A stretch of DNA of 64,000 bases. Origin: Euglena gracilis. Lineage: Eukaryota. A model generated the notes under the pieces. That model did not search any database. It was not told the DNA's origin and was given only the letters and a program-made list of their open reading frames with translations. Within the stretch, counting starts at the first letter, position 1, and every line of letters begins with the position of its first letter. The stretch lies in assembly GCA_039621445.1 (NCBI GenBank), contig CP154954.1:38549703-38613702 (forward strand), read 5' to 3'. Below, piece after piece: positions 23,560 through 48,299 of the stretch. The position numbers and the translations under genes are program-made.

Positions 23560-26500
23560 TGTGTAGTCACGTACAGTGCTTGGATGCACATAGGTGGGTT
23601 GCCAAGCGGAGCACCATGGCAGGGGCTGAAGCCGAGCGACAATTTGCTGTCGTCAGACCGTGGCCCCGACACCGCCAGCCAGCCCGGCGCGTTGTGGCCG
23701 CGGATCCTCCGGAACGCCCGGAAGGGCAGCGCCACCCGGGGCTGGCGCTGGCGAGAGGGGCCCTGGCAGTAGGGGGGGGGGGGGACCCTCCCAGGCAGGG
23801 GACGGGTGAGTGGGCCGTGTTGGCGTCCTTGATTCCCCCTGTCGTGCAGCCGCCAGTGCATCTGAAGACTTCTTTGGGCAGTCTATTCCCGGGGTCGGTG
23901 TCGCTTCATTCCGGCGGTGCAGCCCCGCGTGCACCACCGCGCCGCGGTGGTGCACGCGGGGCTGCACCGCCGGAAAGTGGCGATCCAGCAGTGGACACTT
24001 GAGACTTTTTATTTGGTGGATTGTGCCGTCCCGGATTCCGTCGGCCCACCTTCTGACTCTGGCCATGGCGTGGGATGGGGGGGGGGCAGCACAAACCCGG
24101 CAAAGTGTACCAACAGGAAGCCCTCCTTGGGCCCTTCCAAAAGCGCTCAACATCTCCAGGGCGTTGTGCAACTGCCGCCTCCGCCAGGGCCCCGTTCCGG
24201 GGAGTGAGCCGCACTGCACGCATGGGCAGGCGGCCACACTGTGGGGGGGGGGGGGGGGGGGCCCCCCGGCCCAATCCAGCGTGTGTGGCCCAATCCAGTG
24301 TGGTTTACGGTGGCGGCTTATACGGATAACCCTCCCCCTTTCGGGAAACTGCGTCAGCAAAATGGAGGCGAAGATGGCGTTTCCAGGAGGTTCTTAGACT
24401 GCGGGAAAAAATCGACAGTGTTGAAGTAATTAGTAATTAGAAGTAAACAGAATTTCCGCCCAAGAGAAGCAATGTTTTTCATAAAAATAACATGTCAATG
24501 TTTCTGGAAACTTGGCGAGCAAAACGCTGAAGGTTTGGTTTGCACAAGGGGACAGTGGCCCAAACGAAGTTCGGGCAGTTTCCCGGAGTTCATGACGATT
24601 TCCAGTTCCGAAATTATACTTAAGAGCCACGAATAGAGGAGACTTGGGAGAAGGGAGGTTCCGCCTCTGCGCTTTCTGCCCCCCCCCCCTAGGACCTCGG
24701 GGAGGACTCCCGGGGACGGGCCCCTGGCCCAGAGCCCTGCAGGGCCGCCAGGGATCGCAGGAGGGCGACAGTGCCTGCCCGGTTCGGCCCACACGCAGTC
24801 TGGGCCGCCTGCACCACGGCGTTGAAGTAGACGCGGTGGTCCACTGTGGCCTGCGGCAGCGGCTGACTGGCCTCACCTGACCACACCGTGTGGGCCCCCC
24901 TCCCTGAGAGGGCACTTTTCCCGGGGGGGGGGGATTGATATCGGGGAAATTGCGGAAATTGCGGGAAAATTGCGGGAATTGCAATTTTGGGAATTACTGC
25001 CCTTCTGCTGGAGGGCACTTGGAGAAATTTCCCAAATTTGGTCATTTGCAACATGGATGTAAGTTTTGAGCCGCTGTCAACGTTTTCCCAACAAAAAGGT
25101 CAAAAACATAATTTTAGTAAATTTGGGAACATGCTGGTGCTTGGAAATATGGATTTCTTGGGTGAAAAATCCAAAAAAAAAGGCAAGTAAAATTGCTGAA
25201 AACTTTGGCATCAGTAAAATCTGGTCCAGGATGCGAAACTTTTCTTACTCGAAATTATTCCCATCAGAAATTGGGGGGAAACCTAAAAAGGGTCCAGAAG
25301 TTGCCAGTTTTTGTCAAAATTTGTGAAGTTTGGCAAATTTTGCAAAATTGTAACAAAAGAAGAAGAAAAGCCCCTGGGTTCCCTTGTGAACCGTTCAAGG
25401 GAGGGCCGGAACTCATTTCGCCTTCCGTTTCAGGTTCACGTGGAAAAACTGCGGAAAGGAAAAAGTGCGAAAAATTGTGGAAAAACTGCGGGAAAATGCG
25501 GGAAACTGCGGGAAATTGCGGGAAATTGCGGGAATTGCATTCAGCCTTGGGTTTTTTTTCATGTTTTGAGTGAGGTTGGTGGGATGACCCTTGAGGTGGG
25601 ATGACCCTGGGGGAGGGGGGCGTGGGTGGGTAGGCTCTGAAAAAAAGATGAATGGGTGAGTTCGGTTGGACCCCAGTGCACCTCACCTCCGGGGGGGGGG
25701 GGGGTCCAACGGCCGACACCCACCTCCATTCTCAAAACCCCCGAAGGTGGTGGGGCACCCCAGGAGTGCATACCCTCCTCCATGGCACATGGGCCCCAAC
25801 TGCTCATCGGGGACAACTTTAGGGGGGGGGGGGGGGGCAGCATGCTGACTCCGATATCCTGGGAAACAGGGGGCATTGTTGGCCCCAATGGACAACGGGT
25901 CAAAACTATGGGGAGGGAGACCAGTTGTGTCCAACAAGCAGGCTAGGGAGTGGGGACCAAAAGATGGGGGTGCAAATTAGCGAGGGGGCAGAGGGTGGGC
26001 AGGTCAGGCTACAGAGCTGTGTGTGGCCGCACCTGAGACCTGAGACCTGGCGATTCTTGTTCCTTCGTTTCCTGGGGGCCGTGTCCCCTCTTTTGAGTTC
26101 CCACACCGTGGGGGTGTGTCCAGCAAACCCCGCCGGGAGCTGGCTGAGTGATGATATCTGGCACACGGTGAGTTTCTGGGAGGTGCAGCCCCATAGCCCC
26201 ATAGCCCGCCGCTGGCCGACACACAGAGGCAGGGCAGCCGCTGACGGCGTGCCCAGGCCCCATCCTCCCGCCGGGAAACGAGATGCACGACGGTGACCGT
26301 GTCGCCGGGAGGGCGTCTCTCGGAACTGGCCCTGTGCTGGGCGGTTCTGGAATGGCCCACGAATGGCCTTCCTGCTCACCCACGTTTGCCTACTCGTTTC
26401 GGGTTCTGTATCTTGCAATTGCCCTCTTTCTGGGGCTGATTTCAGCGCACAAGAATGAAAATTTTCGAGGAAACAGACCAACAAACCTCCCAGCTTCGGG

Positions 26501-26881
26501 TAAAAGAGGTACGACCACCCCATCGCGAACACTTATCAGGGCACTCTCTCCGCATATAAACTTTCAAAACAGCTTAAATTATTCTGATCTGGACATTCGG
26601 TGTCACTGGGCGCAGGACACTAAAACCGCGGAAATTTTCTTCCAACGTGGCACGCCAGAAAATGCATATTTCCCCACTGTTTAAGCGAATTGCACGTTTT
26701 TGCATGTTTTGGTGTTTTCCACGCAAAAAGTGTTTAAAAACGTTCAAAAGCATGAAGGACGCCCCCTTCGCCCACGGCCTTGTGCCACGCCGTCACCGCC
26801 TCCTCCGCCTGGCGGTGATCCCATTCCGGCTCAGCCTGCACCATGAACAGGACCAGGGGGCTGCGGCAGCAGGGCATGCGG

Positions 26882-26970
<89 letters not shown>

Positions 26971-27018
26971 TGTGTGTGTGCGTGTGTTGTGTGCATGTGT
27001 GTGTGCGTGCGTGCGTGC

Positions 27019-27051
<33 letters not shown>

Positions 27052-27664
27052 TTGGTGTGTGTGTAGGGGGGGGGGTGGATGGGTGTGTGTGCATGTGTGG
27101 GGGGGCCTCACCCAACCCCATCACCCCCACAAGCTCAGGCCATGGGGGTGTCCCCCCAGTCCCCCGCCTGCCCCGCCCCCCAGCGGCCGTCCTCAGGGAT
27201 ACCCTGGGGGGCAGTGGTTGCTGTCCAGGTGGCTGGGGCATCGGAGACAGGCAGCCCCGTCGGTGGGAGGAGAGGTTGATGGGAGGCCTGGTGCCCCCTT
27301 CCACCAGGATAGGGGTGAGGGGACAGGGGGCAGCCACCCCCACCCACCACCATGGGGTGTCCAGGATCCCGTGCCGCCCTGTTGAACGGGGATTGAAACT
27401 GTCATTTATATTGTTTGTTGTTATTATCATGTGCGCAACGGTCAACGCACCGACAATCGACCTGTGTGCTGATTACTTTTGAAAGTAATTACTAATTGTT
27501 CCTTGCCCAACGGAGGCTGTTGAGAAAGAGCTGTCAAGGGCTTCCCAGCGCCAGTCTGTATGGGGCTTGCCTGGACCACAACGAGGGGCGTCCGTGTCGT
27601 CGGTCTCCCCGCGCGTGGCAGAGAGCAGCGCCAGCAGCCCCGCCACCCACAGGCACCATGGCAT
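2877..27664 (-). CDS. Multi-exon gene (~25 exons, ~710 aa): GT77-family nucleotide-diphospho-sugar transferase, RAY1 (beta-arabinofuranosyltransferase)-like, with N-terminal signal peptide
   Basis: Spliced translation gives GT77/RAY1-type motifs in the expected order: [16 protein letters not shown] (signal); [83 protein letters not shown] (DxD); [42 protein letters not shown]. About 19 of 24 junctions keep the frame under one fixed intron-end pairing geometry. Some boundaries are approximate. Confidence 0.85.
3382..3426 (-). CDS. GT77 gene exon 24
   Basis: [14 protein letters not shown](W), the K..RQ...GLW end motif; CTG at -8. Confidence 0.75.
3791..3894 (-). CDS. GT77 gene exon 23 (5' boundary approximate)
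   Basis: [35 protein letters not shown] (HNN motif). Confidence 0.8.
4483..4598 (-). CDS. GT77 gene exon 22 (3' boundary approximate)
   Basis: [38 protein letters not shown]. Confidence 0.75.
4638..6990 (+). mobile_element. Decayed Ty3/Gypsy chromovirus pol fragment (RNase H C-term, HHCC zinc finger, integrase core, GPY/F, chromodomain); no LTRs seen
   Basis: [95 protein letters not shown]. Frameshifts near 5890 and 6225, stop at 6405, MITE insertion at 5119-5642. Confidence 0.93.
5119..5642. mobile_element. MITE with TA target duplication inside the chromovirus pol
   Basis: TIR AACCCCCCCCAAATATAAGAAACCC / GGGTTTCTTATATTTGGGGGGGGGTT; TA at 5117-8 and 5643-4; removal restores HNYTLSLLR in frame. 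Confidence 0.9.
7046..7124 (-). CDS. GT77 gene exon 21
   Basis: [26 protein letters not shown] (DQ..YN motif). Confidence 0.85.
8256..9620 (+). repeat. Segmental copy of 17478-19415 (minus 592 bp), including GT77 exon 15
   Basis: Near-identical sequence; joins at an AAATTTTTGG microhomology (left) and TTA (right). Confidence 0.92.
8716..8792 (-). pseudogene. Duplicated pseudo-exon (identical copy of exon 17919-17995)
   Basis: 77 nt identical to exon 15; lies in a phase-0 intron where inclusion would shift the frame; upstream CTG reads TTG. Confidence 0.8.
9621..10027. mobile_element. MITE family A, complete copy (relatives: 7986-8255 left half, 11039-11443, diverged ~14830-15260)
   Basis: TA-C(n)TATGTCCAA ... 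TTGGACATAG(n)-TA, with internal repeats TCCTCTGACCGGGGGG. Confidence 0.88.
11039..11443. mobile_element. MITE family A copy
   Basis: Same termini and TA flanks as 9621-10027. Confidence 0.85.
12041..12238. repeat. ~195-bp interspersed repeat with a perfect 33-bp-arm palindrome (second copy 23825-24019)
   Basis: TTCCGGCGGTGCAGCCCCGCGTGCACCACCGCG-C-reverse complement, in both copies. Confidence 0.9.
12427..12540 (-). CDS. GT77 gene exon 20
   Basis: [38 protein letters not shown] (N.G.FF motif). Confidence 0.85.
12650..12707 (-). CDS. GT77 gene exon 19
   Basis: [19 protein letters not shown]; completes the AQSD motif. Confidence 0.75.
14343..14390. repeat. Interstitial telomere-like (CCCTAA)n; similar at 40258-40316
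   Basis: About 8 degenerate CCCTAA units. Confidence 0.8.
15560..15616 (-). CDS. GT77 gene exon 18
   Basis: [19 protein letters not shown]; next intron has a perfect CAGGCCCCG/CGGGGCCTG stem. Confidence 0.85.
16062..16107 (-). CDS. GT77 gene exon 17 (DxD motif)
   Basis: [16 protein letters not shown]. Confidence 0.85.
16359..16800. mobile_element. MITE (TA-flanked) with GTGACAATT subterminal repeats
   Basis: TA-TCCGCCCCTCCCCGGGCAATTG ... CAATTGCCCAGGGGGAGGCGGG-TA. Confidence 0.75.
16929..17082 (-). CDS. GT77 gene exon 16
   Basis: [51 protein letters not shown]. Confidence 0.85.
17919..17995 (-). CDS. GT77 gene exon 15
   Basis: [26 protein letters not shown]; upstream CTG-TGGCC junction in frame with exon 14. 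Confidence 0.85.
19477..19557 (-). CDS. GT77 gene exon 14 (start of catalytic domain)
   Basis: [26 protein letters not shown]. Confidence 0.8.
19813..19881 (-). CDS. GT77 gene exon 13 (Pro-rich linker)
   Basis: [23 protein letters not shown]; frame fixed by the flanking junctions. Confidence 0.6.
20112..20150 (-). CDS. GT77 gene exon 12
   Basis: [16 protein letters not shown] at -8 and CAG at +4. Confidence 0.65.
20760..20925 (-). CDS. GT77 gene exon 11
   Basis: [55 protein letters not shown]; high GC3; CAG/CTG flanks. Confidence 0.75.
22001..22033 (-). CDS. GT77 gene exon 10
   Basis: [11 protein letters not shown]; next intron pairs CAGCC/GGCTG. Confidence 0.6.
22131..22175 (-). CDS. GT77 gene exon 9
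   Basis: [14 protein letters not shown]; 3' boundary uncertain by about 1 nt. Confidence 0.6.
22549..22650 (-). CDS. GT77 gene exon 8
   Basis: [34 protein letters not shown]; next intron has a perfect CAGCCCCCG/CGGGGGCTG stem. Confidence 0.75.
22970..23079 (-). CDS. GT77 gene exon 7 (3' boundary uncertain)
   Basis: [36 protein letters not shown]; resembles the RAY1 N-terminal W.WN...PPF segment as I recall it. Confidence 0.65.
23666..23752 (-). CDS. GT77 gene exon 6
   Basis: [29 protein letters not shown]; frame-consistent on both sides. Confidence 0.65.
23825..24019. repeat. Second copy of the palindrome-containing repeat
   Basis: Aligns with 12041-12238. Confidence 0.9.
24138..24221 (-). 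CDS. GT77 gene exon 5
   Basis: [28 protein letters not shown]; next intron pairs GGGCCC/GGGCCC. Confidence 0.7.
24730..24851 (-). CDS. GT77 gene exon 4
   Basis: [40 protein letters not shown]; both flanks nonconventional and in frame. Confidence 0.75.
26218..26331 (-). CDS. GT77 gene exon 3
   Basis: [38 protein letters not shown]; next intron ends pair as CAGCGGC/GCCGCTG. Confidence 0.7.
26780..26864 (-). CDS. GT77 gene exon 2
   Basis: [29 protein letters not shown]; preceded by CTG at -8..-6; in frame with exon 1. Confidence 0.7.
26883..27063. repeat. (GT)n microsatellite
   Basis: Directly visible. Confidence 0.97.
27577..27664 (-). CDS. GT77 gene exon 1 (start codon, signal peptide)
   Basis: ATG at 27664, [29 protein letters not shown]; following intron begins GTC-CAG. 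Confidence 0.75.
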
Positions 27665-29163
27665 CGGAGGAGGGCCCCGAGGCAAAGGCCGCCCCAGGGC
27701 GGGCTTTTATGCGGAATGGAGTCGGGGGGGGGGGCAAATGCAACGCCAACAACGTCCAGGGAGGAGATGCGTCCGCGGGGCAAACCTTCAATTCCAGGAT
27801 GATGGTGCCTTTGTGGGTCCCACCGAGCAGCGCGGGGAGATATGGACCCTCAGAAGAAAAAAAAACAACGCAAAAAGCAAAAGGCGAAGCAAAAAAATGC
27901 AAAAGAAAAACGAAAGAGCAAATTTTCACAGAAATCGACATCGACAGGTGCAAACAGCGCAAAGGAGAAAACGACTTTGTGTGCCCCCTTGCCAGCAGGA
28001 GGCCGGTGACTGGGTCGTCTGGTGTACCTCAACACTCGAATAAAAAGGCCGACCCTGTCGTTCACTCTTCTGCTCCTATATGCCAGTTCGATACCTGTGC
28101 AGAGGAAGGGCAGCCGTGCAAACAATAAAGCACACGCAGTAGTCTTGAAAACCCTTGGAAAAGGTGGATGGGGTTGGGCCGCGGTCCTGTGGTGGCCCAG
28201 GGAGGGGGTGTAGCAGTGGGGCAGACGTTGCAGTTTGTGGACCAGGCTCTGCCCTTGGCCAACGAGCCACTCTCGCCCCCTCCCCCCTCGACCCCCGGTT
28301 GGCCAGGCCCCCTGGGATGTTCCGAGGGAAAGGAGTTCAGGTCAGGGAGGCGGCCCACGGGGCTGCTCCCCTCCCCAATGCTGACGCTGGCTCCGGCACC
28401 GGGTTGAGAGCAATGCGATGCGAAGAAATATGTGCCCCCCCCCCCCCAAATAAATAACCTGGCAGGGTGCCAGGTCATTGGAACCAACTTTTGGCCCTGC
28501 CCCCCCCCCCTGCCAGGTTATTTGGGCCCTTTTTTCAGCCTCGTTACTCTCAACTCTTTGAGTTAAGCTCAGAACTTTGCCAAAAGGGGGGTGCCAAGTT
28601 ACTGGAACCATCTTTTTTGCCCCTCCCCCTGCCAAGTTATTTGGCCACGTCCAGGAGCAAGGGCCCCGCCAGGTTATTTGGGGGGGGGGGTTACACCGGC
28701 GCTGATGCCTCTGTTGGCAGCGGCGGACCTGACGGGCAAAATGGGGGTGAAGAGGAAACTGCACCCTTGGAGGCCACTTCGCTTCCGCACTGTGGGGAAT
28801 GACCACCCGGGGCGGGCCTGACCCGCCAGGTTTCTTGGATGCTGGCATGCGCACGGGAGGCAGCAACAGCTGGGGGGTGGAGTACCACGTCCGAAATGGA
28901 CGGGCAAATATTAATTCCATTGATAGCGTGCATGCTGTGCATGAAGGCAGTGGGTATGCCCACTAGCGAAGGTTCAGGGGGATTTGCGATGCAGCAGAGG
29001 TCAGTGTGTGCGGGGCACAGAATCGCAGACCCTAGTCAGCTTCCACGGCGGACGTCGGGAGAGGCAAATGACATGCACCAGCGCGTCAACCCCCCAAACG
29101 CCGGCCCAAATGACAGCCTGCGCATTCGGAGGTTTGCCCCGCCACCGGTCCGGTGTGACTCCC

Positions 29164-30431
29164 CAAGGTTGGGTTTTGGGTTTTGGGTCCCCCCCCAAAA
29201 TTTTGTTTTTTGGGTACCCCCCCAAAAACACCAAAAATTTGTATTTTTGGGACCCCCTCTTTGAAAAATTTTACCCCTAACCCCTAACTACCTAAAAAGG
29301 CCGATTTTGGCCAAGAAAAGCCATTTTTTTCAAAATTTTCTGCGCCTGCGGCGCCAAAAAGTATATCTCACCCCCCTCTGGGCCCTCCGGGGGAGTCCGG
29401 CTGGACCCACCCCGGTAATCCCTGGGGCTGCAGCCGGGATCGAACCACCGACCCCGCGTGCAAAGCAGGATTCCTGTCCAACACGTCCAAAAGGATGGAA
29501 GCGCACCGGGGGGAGGGGGGGGCAGTGCTTATACAAGGCCAGTGTTTATACACCGGGAGGGGGGGATGGTACGACAAAATTGTGGATTCTGATAAGGGGT
29601 GACCGTTGGAATCCAGACTGTTATTTTCGGAGGGAAAATCATGCCCTCCAGAATTGTGGCCTCTGATTGGGGGGGGCAGGGGTGTGATCATTGTAAACCC
29701 TCCCCCCAAATAATCCCCCCCCAAATAATACCCCCCCCCTTGGGGTACGACTTCGGCCACCAAAATAATACCCCCCTCCCCCAGTTTCGGGCCGAAAGCC
29801 CGGATTTTGACCTGAAAATGTAGGTAAAAATCACAATCTCTGACAATAAATTACGAGAAAAAAAAGTCGATTTTTCTGGATTATCTGGCCTCCAAGAAAT
29901 GCTAAATTTCATGAGAAAGTACAAAAAAAATGATCCCAAAGGGGGGGTTTTGGCACTATTTTTGCTCCTACGGAACTTCGAAAATTTTCGAAAATTTTTG
30001 GGAAATAATACCCCCCCTCGGGCCGGGATTTCGGGCGAAAAAAATATTACCCCGGGGGGGGGGTATTATTTGGGGGGTTTTACATGTCTCGAACAGAAAA
30101 TTGCATTTTGGGGCATTTTGAAAAGCCTTGTGGCCCAAAAAATTTCAGGATCCAAAATTGTACTAGCTAAACTAACTGGACTAAGTGGGTGGGGGATGGT
30201 CTGACCACTGAAAAGTTAACCGCCAGAAAGTGTTTCAAGCAGGCGGGGAGTGTTCAGGACAACTCTGAGCGACAGCCCCTTCGTGACTTTGCGGATGTCG
30301 ACCGTTGTTTCCCATGGTTTTCTCTCATCGTCAATGGAGACCCAAAAATTTGATTTTTGGGTACCCCCCCCCAAAATTTTTGGGCCGATTTTGGGACCCC
30401 CCCAAAAATACAAAAACAAAACCCAACCTTG
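29164..30431. mobile_element. TIR element with 7-bp TSD, containing nested insertions
   Basis: CAAGGTTGGGTTTT ... AAAACCCAACCTTG; GACTCCC at 29157-63 and 30432-38; nested TA-MITE at 29696-30080. Confidence 0.8.
29425..29500 (-). pseudogene. tRNA-Ala(TGC)-derived sequence (possible SINE head)
   Basis: Anticodon arm CCTGC-TTTGCAC-GCGGG and B-box GGTTCGATCCC; D-arm and acceptor stem degenerate. Confidence 0.5.
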
Positions 30432-30469
30432 GACTCCCAACCGACCCCCTTCCCCAACGGCCCCAGAAG

Positions 30470-46477
<16,008 letters not shown>

Positions 46478-48299
46478 CGCACTCCCCGCTGCGGCCGGTG
46501 GGGGTGGGATGGCGCGCAGAACAACGCTCGGGCGGAGGGGGACTCGCGGGAAACCGGAGCAACGGCAGCCGCAGCGGAGGGCAAGAGGGACCGACCTCGG
46601 AGGGGGCTGGCGGCGGACAGAGCCCTCCACGGCATGGGCGTCGGTGGGGCGTCCAAAGCCTGAGGCAAGTACCCAGAGGCCGGCACAATGATGAGGCTCG
46701 CGCGACTCTGTGGAGTCTGCCATTCCGTCTATTTTGGGTTTAATGGGGATGAAGATCGTTCAATTTACATGACTCTCAACAACTCAGAAGAAAACGGTTT
46801 CACGGCAACCAGTGGACCGCATTTAAGTGGTATCTTGTTCCAAATGGAAAACTCCCTTTTATGAAATATCGAAAAAATATTGTCGAAAACCTTTGATACA
46901 CACTGGGATGTGGGTGCCCCTCGGAGGGGTTTGGACCACCCCCACCTGCCAAAACACTTCGGATAAGGGGGGGGCAACTGCCATCAAAACAATGGCGTAG
47001 AAAAAATGTGGAAATTTCTGGCAACCCACAGCACTGCACAGAAAAGTATTTTTAAGTATTTTTAAGTAAAAGAAACAAATGCGAAAATTAAACATGGCAA
47101 CAAATCCGGGCGTTTGTTGCTTGTTCTCACCAGAACAGAAATGTTGTGTTTGCTTGTTGTGATTATGCTTGAGTGAACTGCTTCTGCTTTCTGATGTTAA
47201 TTTATGAATAATTTTTTTTTAATTTTTCCTTCTAATTTTCCTTCAAAATTTGCCTTCGAATTAAAATTATCATGCTGAAAACAGACACTGCAAGCGTTCC
47301 TGATCTTCCAGTTGATGCATTTTTTTTTCCCAATGGGGACATTGCTTTTCTGTAATGTGGAGCTTGGAGAGATCTCTAGCACTCACAGCAAGCCATCCAA
47401 TTTGCACCAAATAAAAAAGAAAAAGATGATCATTTCCAACATTGTATTGGCCAGAAATTTGGAACGCTGCAAAAAGGTACCCTGCTCCTTGCAACCTGGT
47501 GTAATCTGGGACAGGAGGTTTTGGAGTGAACCTCGCCAACGGACGGAGTCTGGGTCTGGGATGGCCCATTAGGGGAATAGGAACTGAGCAGGGCACACCA
47601 CAGATTTCGAAGGCGGGAAATCGAATCCGGTGGTGTCCTCTGTGAAATTGGCCATCCCACCGGTAACCCTGCGATGCGGATCGAAGAGACCAAAGAGGCA
47701 GCCGGTGGGGGGGGGGTAAACAGAGAAACAAACAAAAGCGGGCAGAAGGACCGAGGTTTTTGTGTATTTTTGTGGAATTTCTCACTTCAACGGGTGTCAC
47801 CACTCAAAAAATTTGAAAATCAACAAATGGGGGGTGCAAGCAGTTCTAAAAACCTGGGCCCCAAAGAAAATAAATTGTTGGCGTGTGCACATGCACACAA
47901 CGACAAAAAAAACCCTGAAGTGCACCGCCTAAGAGGGTTGACTGACTGTGGTTGAACTGGGCACCAAAAAATCGAACCTGCAAAAAAGCCCCAGAAAACT
48001 GCCAATTATGGGGGAAAATTTTTTGAATTTCAAATTTTGGCCCAAATTTGTCCAGGCCAGCCCAAAATCGCCCATTTTTACCCCTTTTGACCATTTCTGC
48101 ACCCCCAAAAGCCAAAAATCCGTTACCATCTAGCCACCCGAACGAAAGGTGGCTGGAGAATAACTTGAACTCATCGATGGGGGGAGGGAGTCCAGGGCTG
48201 GAAAAAGGCTGCTGGCTGCTGGCTGGCTGGACCCCTCCGGGGGGTCCACTTTAAAAAAGAACCCCATTCAAGGTCAAGCACCCATTCACACCTGGACAA

